Below are positions 26,723 to 35,409 of a stretch of 47,813 nucleotides of DNA, piece after piece. Under the pieces are notes generated by a model that was not told where the DNA came from, ran no database searches, and worked only from the letters and a program-made list of their open reading frames with translations. Each line of letters opens with the position of its first letter. Positions within the stretch are counted from its first letter, which is position 1. Source of the DNA: a virus; the IMG/VR virus record IMGVR_UViG_3300031696_000011; one strand, written 5' to 3'. The position numbers and the translations under genes are program-made.

Positions 26723-28024
26723 CTAGGCCGCAACCCTAGTCCGACGGAATATAACCGCGAATGCATGACGACGATTCACAGGCAGAATCCCGTGAACGGT
26801 GTCGGCAATAAGCTGCACGAATTCACCGTATTTATTCGTCTCCAACACCGGAGTTCCTGCTGTGCCGTAGTTCACGAGGAAGTCCGAAGTAAGGCGAACC
26901 TCACCATTCCAGCGAAGCTGGGAGAACTTCCGCGCATCCATACGACCTGTTCCGAATTCTTTGGGAGGTGCGCCAACGTCGATTGACTCATACGCACCAC
27001 CACCAATGCAGAATGCAACCTCGAACGGTGCATCGACATACGCAGGATTCGGAATCGTCTCGCCCAAGTTGAACGTGCCACCAACGGCATTCTCAATCTG
27101 CGGCGCAGGAAACTCTCCACCTGCGTCAATACGCAACGGGAAACGTTCCGTCTTCCAAACTCCCTTGCTTCCGATCAGACCAGAAAAGTCCTCACCGGTG
27201 TAGTCCTTGTCGTTGGATCGCAACGCAAGAACGTTCGCATCGTGCTCGAAGTATTCGAATGCTTCGTTCGAACCGACCCAGCACAGTTTGCCCTTGATCG
27301 TTTCGTTCGGAGAAGGCATACCTTGCATCTGTTCGAAACCAGGCATCTGCAAGTCCTCGGTCGCAATCGTCTGCGCCTTCTTGGCGAGGTTGAACTTCAA
27401 CGCACCAGAAGCTCCAGCAGGGATCTCTGCAATCGCACCTTGAATCCACGCCGTAGTTTTCGCAGCAGTTCCAGCGATGTTGCCAATCCCAGACGGTGCA
27501 GCAACAAAGTCATCACCGATGTATCCGCCAGTAGTCGTGGTGCTCTTACCAGCAAGCAACACATACGGGCAGTAATGAAACAGCATTGTGCGAATGAACT
27601 GATCGTTCGCAATCGCAATCTGCTGAGTGAGGTCCGCCATGTTGTGCGGAATTTGCTGGCGACGAAAGTCCGCGAACGAACCATTGAAACGAATATACTT
27701 CGTCTCATACTGATGCCTGTAAACAACCGCATCTTCAGTCCGCTCACCAGTTTGATGCACGTCACGATTCGGTGCCGCGGCAGTGATCGCATTGGGGAAG
27801 AACTGCTGACGACCAACAGGACTGAACTCAGCGTTGACACCTTTCAGTGTATCACCCTGATTCGCTTCCCATTTTCGTTTGCCGAAGAGTTTGTTGAACA
27901 CATGCCATCGCGGAAACAATCGCGAGGACATCAGCGCCAAATGATATGGCAGCTTGTTATAGAGCGTAGTGCTCTGTGAATCCCAGATATCTGGGGTTTT
28001 GGGTAGATCGTATGTGCTAGGCAT
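26723..28024 (-). CDS. Major capsid protein (positional call), 433 aa
   Basis: Gene order is TerL-portal-small ORF-scaffold-this gene. It has its own promoter-like element upstream and a hairpin downstream. Size is typical of HK97-fold coat proteins. Confidence 0.7.
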   Translation of the reverse strand: MPSTYDLPKTPDIWDSQSTTLYNKLPYHLALMSSRLFPRWHVFNKLFGKRKWEANQGDTLKGVNAEFSPVGRQQFFPNAITAAAPNRDVHQTGERTEDAVVYRHQYETKYIRFNGSFADFRRQQIPHNMADLTQQIAIANDQFIRTMLFHYCPYVLLAGKSTTTTGGYIGDDFVAAPSGIGNIAGTAAKTTAWIQGAIAEIPAGASGALKFNLAKKAQTIATEDLQMPGFEQMQGMPSPNETIKGKLCWVGSNEAFEYFEHDANVLALRSNDKDYTGEDFSGLIGSKGVWKTERFPLRIDAGGEFPAPQIENAVGGTFNLGETIPNPAYVDAPFEVAFCIGGGAYESIDVGAPPKEFGTGRMDARKFSQLRWNGEVRLTSDFLVNYGTAGTPVLETNKYGEFVQLIADTVHGILPVNRRHAFAVIFRRTRVAA

Positions 28025-28201
28025 TACTTTATTCTTTCAAGGGTTCGCAAACAAAAGCCTGTGACGTTGCGATGCCCTTCGCGAAAGAAGCTGGTCATGC
28101 CCTTGACCGATAAGAAGCGTTTGGGAAGTTTGAAAAGCTCTCCGGCTTTCAATTTGCGGTGTTTTCTTCACCATTCACAGGCTCATAACAATACAACATA
28201 A

Positions 28202-28217
28202 AGCACATACCATGCCA
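28202..28217 (-). promoter_or_regulatory. Sigma-54 type -24/-12 promoter candidate (TGGCATGGTATGTGCT) upstream of the capsid gene
   Basis: The minus strand reads TTGGCATGGTATGTGCTT, matching the plus-strand element at 44186-44203 at 16 of 18 positions. It is intergenic, directly after a terminator. Confidence 0.65.
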
Positions 28218-28231
28218 ACGCTGCAAGCAAG

Positions 28232-28265
28232 AAAAAAAGGAACACCCATTTCTGAGTGTTCCTTT
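28232..28265 (-). terminator. Intrinsic terminator after the scaffold gene
   Basis: Perfect 10-bp stem aaaggaacac (28236-28245) / gtgttccttt (28256-28265), followed on the minus strand by a run of 7 T. Confidence 0.75.
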
Positions 28266-28316
28266 CTCCTCATGTTTGTGCAGCGTTCAACTTGCACAGC
28301 CTTAGTCCTAACCTCC

Positions 28317-29576
28317 TTACATGGGATTTCCGTCTTCGTCATCCCAACCTATACTATCAAGCATGTGTTCTGCTCCACCTGTTTGACCAGCAACGTGATT
28401 GCCAGTTGGTCCCGCCGCTTGCATTTCTGCATTTACAGTTTGCGCGGGCTGCCCTGCTGCCGTTTGCTGTTGTTGATTTTGTGTTCCTGCCGGTGCGAGT
28501 GCGCCGAATCGTTTATGATACGTCTGCAACTGCGCCGTGACTGACGACAATGTGATAAACATTTTCGACACCGTCGGCATGAGCGGATCATTCCTAAACG
28601 ACGAAGGCATCATCTCGGTAAACTGCTCTGCCTGTTTGGCACCTGTGGTTTTCCAATACTCACCGTCTGACTTCAGATTGGAAAAATACCGATCTTCCAA
28701 CGCATGGATCATACCCAGATCTTCGTTGTATTTTTCCACATGCCCAGTCTCAATGCTCTTCAACACAGCCAACTCACCCTCACGCTCACTGTTCGTCGTG
28801 GTGTGCGATTGTGTCAGGTGCTGTATCGCAGCCTCACGTGTTGTCTGTCCAGCTTCCTCACCAATCGGATGTTGCGAATACTGCGGCTCACCTGCGTCAT
28901 TGTAACCAGAGATCGTGTAAAACGACACCTGATCTGGATTACCCACCACAGCGTTCAACTGATTCTCATAGAACGTTGCCTGTGTGTTCGCTGCTTGATA
29001 CTTATCAAGCCCTGACTGATACGCTGGCGTAAGTGTGTATGCCTGATCGTGGCTTTGATAACTCGCCGGCACTCCTGCAGAATCTGTCAACTGCGCTGCA
29101 ACAGCTTCCGCATCAGTCACTCGCTTCTGCAATGCTGGCAGTCGTGTTTTGAAATGGTCAAACGCCGCGTTCGGCATCCCGCGCAACGCAGCACGATCAC
29201 CTTCTTCAAACACATCAAGCTCACGCCCTTGTGCTTCAGGAAGCGGTGCAATAGTTACTGGGGCCTGCGGCGCTGCAACTACAGCTTCCGCAGCAGTTCG
29301 TGCAGCAATTTGTTCCGCAGTCAGTCCAGTTGTATCTGGCGCAAGCTCAGGCTCAACAACCGGTGCAGGTGCAGGTGCAGGTGTGCTTCCCATGAAGTCT
29401 TCGAAATCTCCCATATCGAGGATCTCTCCTTCTCCACCTAGCATCGCGTCGTTACCTCCACTATTGGGCAATGCTACTGCTGGTGGTGCACCGTTTGCAC
29501 CGCCTGGGATTGTTGTTGTGACATCTTTCGGAGGGCTAGCTCCGAAGTCTGGTAGTGGTGTAGTCGGTGTTGACAT
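28317..29576 (-). CDS. Scaffolding protein (positional/compositional call), 419 aa
   Basis: Between portal and capsid genes. Ala/Gln/Pro/Glu-rich, helical, low-complexity sequence. Confidence 0.6.
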   Translation of the reverse strand: MSTPTTPLPDFGASPPKDVTTTIPGGANGAPPAVALPNSGGNDAMLGGEGEILDMGDFEDFMGSTPAPAPAPVVEPELAPDTTGLTAEQIAARTAAEAVVAAPQAPVTIAPLPEAQGRELDVFEEGDRAALRGMPNAAFDHFKTRLPALQKRVTDAEAVAAQLTDSAGVPASYQSHDQAYTLTPAYQSGLDKYQAANTQATFYENQLNAVVGNPDQVSFYTISGYNDAGEPQYSQHPIGEEAGQTTREAAIQHLTQSHTTTNSEREGELAVLKSIETGHVEKYNEDLGMIHALEDRYFSNLKSDGEYWKTTGAKQAEQFTEMMPSSFRNDPLMPTVSKMFITLSSVTAQLQTYHKRFGALAPAGTQNQQQQTAAGQPAQTVNAEMQAAGPTGNHVAGQTGGAEHMLDSIGWDDEDGNPM

Positions 29577-29853
29577 ATTTTTTCAGGGCGTTAAGTGTTC
29601 GTGCTTTGTTTAGTTTGTATCTCAGCTCATCGGAGTTGCGGCCGATGTTATCTGATTCTTCTGTGGTTTCGTCGACAAGTTCAAGATACTCAATTTGAAT
29701 ATTCAGCATGAGTAACTTAAACAAAGGGTTTGCTTCAAGCATCGCACGTAGGCGTAGCTTTTCATTTGCAATTTGTGCACGGTCTATGTCGGTCAACCCA
29801 ACCAGTCCGTGCTTTTTAATCAGCGCACTAAGCTCCTCCATCTTGGCCTCCAT
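29536..29853 (-). CDS. Hypothetical protein, 105 aa
   Basis: ORF between portal and scaffold genes, overlapping both. Predicted helical. Confidence 0.45.
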   Translation of the reverse strand: MEAKMEELSALIKKHGLVGLTDIDRAQIANEKLRLRAMLEANPLFKLLMLNIQIEYLELVDETTEESDNIGRNSDELRYKLNKARTLNALKKYVNTDYTTTRLRS

Positions 29854-31741
29854 CTTCGCCAGCGGATTTCATATGCTCTTGTGCGCCTGCTAGAACATCT
29901 TGGACTTTTTGCATCGCCTCGGGCGGTAAGTTCGCGTTTTGCGAGACCGCTTGTAGAGTCGTAGCAAGTGCTTGTATAATCCCGCCAGTGGGCTTCTCGG
30001 TCCGTAGAATCTTTTCATATCTATCAGCTTGGTCAGGCAACGCTTGCTTGAGCATATCAATCATAAACTCCAGCTTCAGTGACGTCGCACTAGCCACAGG
30101 CCAGAATTCTTGCATCACGGACAACATACGTTGCTTTTGCACAACGTCGTTTTCACCTGCTGACTTTATCACAAACGAACACTCCAATAGTGTCAATCGT
30201 TCTTGCGACTTGTCGTTTGCTTTAAATGTATCGGTTGTCTCATCTTCGCCCGGTTCGACTACTCGCAGAAAGTTCGGCAGATCACCTTGTCTTGCACGTG
30301 CCTGAGCAATCGCCCAACTGCGCCGCACAATCGCTGTCTGAAACGTAGACCATCGCGTAACTGAAATCCCATCCAGTCCACTTTGCGCGCTTTCAGCTAC
30401 TTCAAATTCTTTCTTCGTCTTACGCGCATCCTTACGGTTCAACACGCCCACATTAAGCGCACCTGTCTCTTGTGAGTTTTCACCTGCAAGTGCCTGCGCC
30501 GCAAGTATAGCAGTCCCGTCTGGCGAAGGCGTCGACCAGAAGTCCACAGCCTTGTCATACATATGATCCGGGCGTAGTTCAGAATTCTCCAACACACTCG
30601 GTGCGCCTGCTCGTGTCGTGTTTGCTGCTTTAGGCGATGCGTAAATGTTAGAGCTACGCACAAGTTTATTAATAAACCCAGTCCACATCGACGTCTGCGC
30701 CTCCTGCGTGTGGTAGTCGTAAAATGCACGCCCGCGATTCTCCACAATCGACGACTCTTCTGTCCCGTGGCTAACGAATATGTCAATCGGAAACTCTGTC
30801 TCATACAACGGGCCACCGTCCTCATTCAAATCACTCGCTTTAAACGCAGATTGTATCTCACCTAGTCGCACGTTGCTTCCTAACTTCTTCCCTAGGAACA
30901 ACGGCTTCGGCACTTTCAACCACTCCATACAGCTCTCGTGATACCACGCCGTATACACAGTCCCGTTGTCAGCCTTATACAACAACTGATACACTTGCAA
31001 CACAGTATCACCATACTCTGCCGAAGACTTCTGCGCCAACATATCGACTTGATCTGCGTCGAATCCGAACTTCTTCACCCAGCTCTTGAGCTTCGACACC
31101 GTAGTATCCACGATCACAGACACATACTCCGCCATCTGAATGTCCGTGATCCCAATCGGAAACATGAACTTATCCGTTGCAAGAAACTTGTGCGAGAAAT
31201 GTCCAGGCTTGTCAGGATCGAATAGTGTCTGCAACCCAGCCCACCCAGATAACCACGCCGCATCGAGACATTTAAAGTGAGGCTCTTCCCAACCTTCAAA
31301 GCGGGACACGCGTGTGAAATCTACTTCGAGCTTGTCTGTGTTGATACCGAAACGATCTTCACATTCAAACAATGCAGTCCGTGTAGGTAGCTTTAGGTAT
31401 GCCACAAATGGCGGCTTGGCTCGTTCGATATTGGTATCGACAATACGTCGCGGATACATTCCCGCGTCTTTGGCGATCTTGCCGCTAGCACGCATGTCTT
31501 TGACATTGACATCGGCTTTGCGAACTTCGCGGTCGTTGGCGACTTGGGTGTGGATCTTTCCCCAGTCTTGGTGTAGTCGTGCGAGTTTCTCTTTGTGGTC
31601 TGCCCACGGCCAGATGAACGTGTTGCTCGTGGAGAATTCCGGCGCGAATCTTTGCTTCTCGTCTTGTTCAGGCGTAGTCAGGAGTTGTCCCGCCATCGCA
31701 AAGGTTTCTTCTACTGATTGAAGTGTAGTTGCTTTCGGCAT
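29828..31741 (-). CDS. Portal protein (positional call), 637 aa
   Basis: Immediately downstream of TerL. Size typical of portals. Acidic Gly-rich C-terminus. Confidence 0.7.
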   Translation of the reverse strand: MPKATTLQSVEETFAMAGQLLTTPEQDEKQRFAPEFSTSNTFIWPWADHKEKLARLHQDWGKIHTQVANDREVRKADVNVKDMRASGKIAKDAGMYPRRIVDTNIERAKPPFVAYLKLPTRTALFECEDRFGINTDKLEVDFTRVSRFEGWEEPHFKCLDAAWLSGWAGLQTLFDPDKPGHFSHKFLATDKFMFPIGITDIQMAEYVSVIVDTTVSKLKSWVKKFGFDADQVDMLAQKSSAEYGDTVLQVYQLLYKADNGTVYTAWYHESCMEWLKVPKPLFLGKKLGSNVRLGEIQSAFKASDLNEDGGPLYETEFPIDIFVSHGTEESSIVENRGRAFYDYHTQEAQTSMWTGFINKLVRSSNIYASPKAANTTRAGAPSVLENSELRPDHMYDKAVDFWSTPSPDGTAILAAQALAGENSQETGALNVGVLNRKDARKTKKEFEVAESAQSGLDGISVTRWSTFQTAIVRRSWAIAQARARQGDLPNFLRVVEPGEDETTDTFKANDKSQERLTLLECSFVIKSAGENDVVQKQRMLSVMQEFWPVASATSLKLEFMIDMLKQALPDQADRYEKILRTEKPTGGIIQALATTLQAVSQNANLPPEAMQKVQDVLAGAQEHMKSAGEDGGQDGGA

Positions 31742-31745
31742 AAAT

Positions 31746-33356
31746 TTAGTTTCGTGTTGCGCCCATGTAACCGTAGACTGGTGCAGATTTTCGCGACTCT
31801 CCGCGCGCGTCTACGCCAGAGAAAGAATATTTGCTTTTATCGTATTCCGCAATAATATCTTTAGTGGTTCTGCGACGAAGCAGACGTGAATTTTTAACTA
31901 GGTGTTCGTTTGAATAGAGCGGGTATTCCTTATCAGCAAGAGCAAGAACTGTGCCATCAGCACGGTCAGGAGATCCGTGACCTTTCGCACGTGCAACACG
32001 TTTTGACTCAAGCACAATTTTTCCGTGAACCGCGCCTTGCATATAGTATCGTGTCGCAAGTTGCCGCTTGAGTGCGTCGTCGTCGAACAACACAAGGTCT
32101 AGGTTCTTGAGGAATATTGCAAAGTTAAACCACATCTCTGCGCCGCGATTACCGTATGTCGAATTGTCAATCGCCCGCGCTTGGTTCAATACTCGGTTAA
32201 CTTGAAACCCGTCCTTCCACAACTGATCTATCATAGACTTGCCCACGCCGCCGTCGTCAGCGTTGATATTTTCTGGCGGAATCTTATACCTATTTATCAA
32301 ACCCTTCACATGATCCACCGCATCGGTCGTGTCGTCATACCTAAAGCAAGGCATCGCAATCTGTTTGTTGCCATCAAATATACTGAACACATTTTCGTCA
32401 CCTCCCGCCGCAAGATCAAGCCCACCGTATCGTATGCCTGTCGGTATCACAACCGGAGGTTTTCGATACGCGCGCATGACCTCTTCAAATGTCATCACTA
32501 GCATCTCGTCTATGCTACAAAATTCGGCTAGGTATGCAGACCTAAACCACGCGGAATTTTCACCGAATCGTTCTCGCGCTTCGTCTACTTCGTCCTGTGA
32601 TATGTGCGGACAGTCACGATACGTGACTTTGAACCGATGCCAACGCTCTGACTCGAAACAACCATAGAAATGCCCGGATGGGGAACCTGGTGAAGACACA
32701 TCCAACCGCCGAGTGAGATTATTACACCGGGCGAGAGCTTCGAAAATGGGCTCCGTGACAGTTTTTGCTTCGTCAACAAAGATTGCAAATTCGCCATCGG
32801 GTCGGAGAGTGTGATAACCTTCAGCCAAGCCCGCGTCGTCGGTAGCAAAGAGTTGGATCTTAGATTTGGTTGGGATAAATGTGAGACTGCGGTAGTTGAT
32901 CTTCCAGAGGATTTCGCCATGGAGCTCATTGATAAATCTGCACAGCCGTGAAACTGCGTAGAAGGTTTGTCTGTCAAGTTGCGTGCCTGACGCGGAAGTA
33001 ATCACACAATTCGCTTCCACGTGCGCCATCGCAAGCCACACTGCACACGGTGCAATTAAAAACTGCGATTTTCCCGAACCATTGTTCGCGCACGTCGCAA
33101 TACGCAACACTTTATCCGGCAGCTTGCCATGTGCAAACAACGTCATGACTTGAATCTGCCATGTGTGCACTTTTACGTCGTGATCGCGGATGTATGGGTC
33201 GTAGATGTGCAACAACATCAACGGATCTTTGATCTTGAACCCATTTGCGCCAGCCCAACCCTTCGCATCGGTAATCGACGCTTTAGGCAAGCGCGATTCC
33301 TGGTCGACAGTGGCGTTTTTGATCTGTGCTTCTACTGTTTGTCGAAAAGGCGCCAT
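31746..33356 (-). CDS. terL: Terminase large subunit
   Basis: Walker A-like CANNGSGKSQF. Walker B FAIFVDEA. C-terminal RNase H-like nuclease Asp motifs GGLDLAAGGDENV, ADDGGVG and SPDRADG. Confidence 0.85.
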   Translation of the reverse strand: MAPFRQTVEAQIKNATVDQESRLPKASITDAKGWAGANGFKIKDPLMLLHIYDPYIRDHDVKVHTWQIQVMTLFAHGKLPDKVLRIATCANNGSGKSQFLIAPCAVWLAMAHVEANCVITSASGTQLDRQTFYAVSRLCRFINELHGEILWKINYRSLTFIPTKSKIQLFATDDAGLAEGYHTLRPDGEFAIFVDEAKTVTEPIFEALARCNNLTRRLDVSSPGSPSGHFYGCFESERWHRFKVTYRDCPHISQDEVDEARERFGENSAWFRSAYLAEFCSIDEMLVMTFEEVMRAYRKPPVVIPTGIRYGGLDLAAGGDENVFSIFDGNKQIAMPCFRYDDTTDAVDHVKGLINRYKIPPENINADDGGVGKSMIDQLWKDGFQVNRVLNQARAIDNSTYGNRGAEMWFNFAIFLKNLDLVLFDDDALKRQLATRYYMQGAVHGKIVLESKRVARAKGHGSPDRADGTVLALADKEYPLYSNEHLVKNSRLLRRRTTKDIIAEYDKSKYSFSGVDARGESRKSAPVYGYMGATRN

Positions 33357-34096
33357 ACTAGTCTCTTATATTTACTCATATCGTGGTCTTGAACTGGGTT
33401 AAAGTTAAATTGGCGTATTGCACTCCACACTCCTTGGAATAAATCACGCAATAGAAACATGCGCGAAGGATTTACGTGGAACTCGCCACGTGTATCGAAG
33501 TGAATAAGCGGGACTGCAATACGCCGAAAATTAATCACAGGAATCCACGTCACAATATCGTTGTTGTCCCGAAACGTGACCGCATGCTTGTCGCCAGCGA
33601 ACCTACGTGCGTATTTTCCGTTCCCTACTCGAGGACTAGCGAACGCGCACAGGTAAATTGCCGGGTTTGTGGTTGGGAATCCGTATGTTTTCGTGTTCGA
33701 ATACATAATCGTCGCTATCGCCGCGCCTAGACTATGCCCTGTGAACACAATTCTGTCATACGTAGGTTGGCGACGCAAGATTTCAACCAACAACCCTAAC
33801 CACACCCCTTGCACACGTCGCATAAACCCACGATGCACGCGACTTCCATCTTTGTCGAACTTCACTTTCCTCACCATCACGTTCGCAACCCAGTCTCGCG
33901 CCGCAAGCGTGCCGCGCACTGCCACATACAACGTCCTGTCTTTGTTGTCTAGGTGCAGTATCGCATGTGTGCCGTGAGTTCCGTCGAACTTCATATACAG
34001 GCTTGAATCGCCATATGCCTCAACACACAAATCTGCCGCGCAAGTGACCCATCGTGACTGTAGATGCGCGTGTTTGTATATCGGGTTAGACATCAA
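33332..34096 (-). CDS. Class 3 lipase-family alpha/beta hydrolase (Lipase_3)
   Basis: VAVRGTLAARDWVANV, HRGFMRRV, the nucleophile elbow FTGHSLGAAIA, FASPRVGN and DIVTWIP occur in the order typical of PF01764. Confidence 0.85.
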   Translation of the reverse strand: MMSNPIYKHAHLQSRWVTCAADLCVEAYGDSSLYMKFDGTHGTHAILHLDNKDRTLYVAVRGTLAARDWVANVMVRKVKFDKDGSRVHRGFMRRVQGVWLGLLVEILRRQPTYDRIVFTGHSLGAAIATIMYSNTKTYGFPTTNPAIYLCAFASPRVGNGKYARRFAGDKHAVTFRDNNDIVTWIPVINFRRIAVPLIHFDTRGEFHVNPSRMFLLRDLFQGVWSAIRQFNFNPVQDHDMSKYKRLVWRLFDKQ

Positions 34097-34505
34097 CTGG
34101 TTGCCCTTTCGTAATTCGCTCGTTGAGTCGCAACATATCTTTCTCGTAGCTGCTATTCGCTTCCACGATCACAGTGTTGAACACCGCCGCCGTCATTTCG
34201 CTTTCACGCTCGCCTGGATTGAAACATCCGTGCGCGAGTTTGATAATAAACTCACTTGCCCGCTGCGCCACACCCGGCGATTCTTCTTCCAGATACGTCA
34301 AGTTCTGCATCGTCCGCAACGCTCCTGGCGCAAGCTTCGCCGCCTCTTCTTGCAAGTCTAACGTCGGCGCCTTACGCCCTTTCGCAGACATCAAACATAT
34401 CTGCGTCACCGCCTCTGGCGTCATTCCCATCGCATCGGCAATACTTTCTATCGGCATCCCTTGTTGGTGATGCATCGCCGAGATTCGCTTTTGATCGCTG
34501 TTCAT
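34086..34505 (-). CDS. HTH-containing protein, possible terminase small subunit, 139 aa
   Basis: Helix-turn-helix-like MPIESIADAMGMTPEAVTQ near the N-terminus. Lies upstream of TerL, separated from it by the lipase gene. Confidence 0.4.
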   Translation of the reverse strand: MNSDQKRISAMHHQQGMPIESIADAMGMTPEAVTQICLMSAKGRKAPTLDLQEEAAKLAPGALRTMQNLTYLEEESPGVAQRASEFIIKLAHGCFNPGERESEMTAAVFNTVIVEANSSYEKDMLRLNERITKGQPVDV

Positions 34506-34723
34506 ATTGTTACGCCAGTAAACTGTTCCACCAACATTCTTTCGCTCTCCCTCGCTTCACCTTTGATGTCTGCGTCGTGCGCCGCAGGCCTACGGCTCGC
34601 ACATTCGCCCTCTTCTCCTTTCCACCTCCACTGCAACATCTTATTCATCGGCGCCGTCGTCGCACTTCTAATCGTTGCACTCCCAAACCCTACTTCTTTT
34701 CCTCTATGCTTGTGTGTATTCAT
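34502..34723 (-). CDS. Hypothetical protein, 73 aa, first ORF of the late operon
   Basis: ATGA overlap with the downstream gene supports translation. Its ATG lies 14 nt downstream of the C of the -12 GC of the promoter-like element. Confidence 0.4.
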   Translation of the reverse strand: MNTHKHRGKEVGFGSATIRSATTAPMNKMLQWRWKGEEGECASRRPAAHDADIKGEARESERMLVEQFTGVTI

Positions 34724-34735
34724 TCTCTATCTTAT

Positions 34736-34751
34736 AGCAATTCCCATGCCA
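34736..34751 (-). promoter_or_regulatory. Sigma-54 type -24/-12 promoter candidate (TGGCATGGGAATTGCT) at the head of the late operon
   Basis: The minus strand reads TGGCATG-GGAA-TTGCT with correct GG-N10-GC spacing. It sits at the upstream edge of the ~26-kb minus-strand gene array. Confidence 0.65.
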
Positions 34752-35151
34752 TGCTTCCGTGCGTCGTTTCGTGTACCACGTTTTCACAATCAAATATGTC
34801 AAGTCGATTCGTAATTTTGGTCATTTTGTAAGATATACACTGTTCGGATGCCGAACTCAGATCGGGCTTTTTATTTCCGCGGCGTAGGATTAGATCGCCT
34901 AATGGTTAGCATAAGGAAAACTAATCATAAGTGAATTACTTATATATGTTAAGCGCGCGGGAAGTTAATACATACGCCAAGCGGGGACGCCGTGAATCCT
35001 TAACAACTTTGGTTAGGAATTGAATCGCCAGTGTGAAAACCCTAGAAAATCGCCGGAGGATCAGAGAGCACGACGAGAGGGCAAACATGAAACGCATATG
35101 TCTTTTCAGAATATCCGGTTTGGTCTGGGGAATGGGCGGTTACTCTTTTCC

Positions 35152-35182
35152 GTGGAATGTGAAGAGAACCTTTCCATTCCAC
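35152..35182 (+). repeat. Hairpin element R1 containing the 18-nt repeat gtgaagagaacctttcca
   Basis: 8-bp arms gtggaatg (35152-35159) / cattccac (35175-35182). The 18-mer at 35159-35176 recurs exactly at 35306-35323. Confidence 0.8.
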
Positions 35183-35305
35183 CCCCCCGCTCTCGAATGG
35201 GCAAATGGGCAATTCCACATTAAAGAGGATTTAATAAAAAAAACATATATACCAAATACTCTCTTTTGTGGTCTACCAAAGTTGCTAACAGTCGACGGAG
35301 AAGTA

Positions 35306-35334
35306 GTGAAGAGAACCTTTCCACATTCCACATT
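35306..35334 (+). repeat. Second copy (R2) of the 18-nt repeat, followed by tandem ccacatt-ccacatt
   Basis: Exact 18-nt match to 35159-35176, with flanking ttccac similarity. Confidence 0.8.
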
Positions 35335-35409
35335 CTCTCCCTTGTCCCTTGTCCGGTTCATGGTTCATACGGTTCCACGCTTTGCTTTGATTCACGCCAG
35401 AGGATGAAG

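Noticed and set aside
34880-34960. tRNA-like fragment (…cctaatggttagcataagg…)
   Set aside because: No acceptor-stem pairing and no GTTCGAATC-type T-loop could be folded. No cloverleaf is possible.
35365-35385. GGTTCCACGCTTTGCT upstream of the purine-rich core as a sigma-54 promoter for the candidate RNA
   Set aside because: The GG/GC spacing is 13 rather than 12, and the -24 box is poor (GGTTCC).
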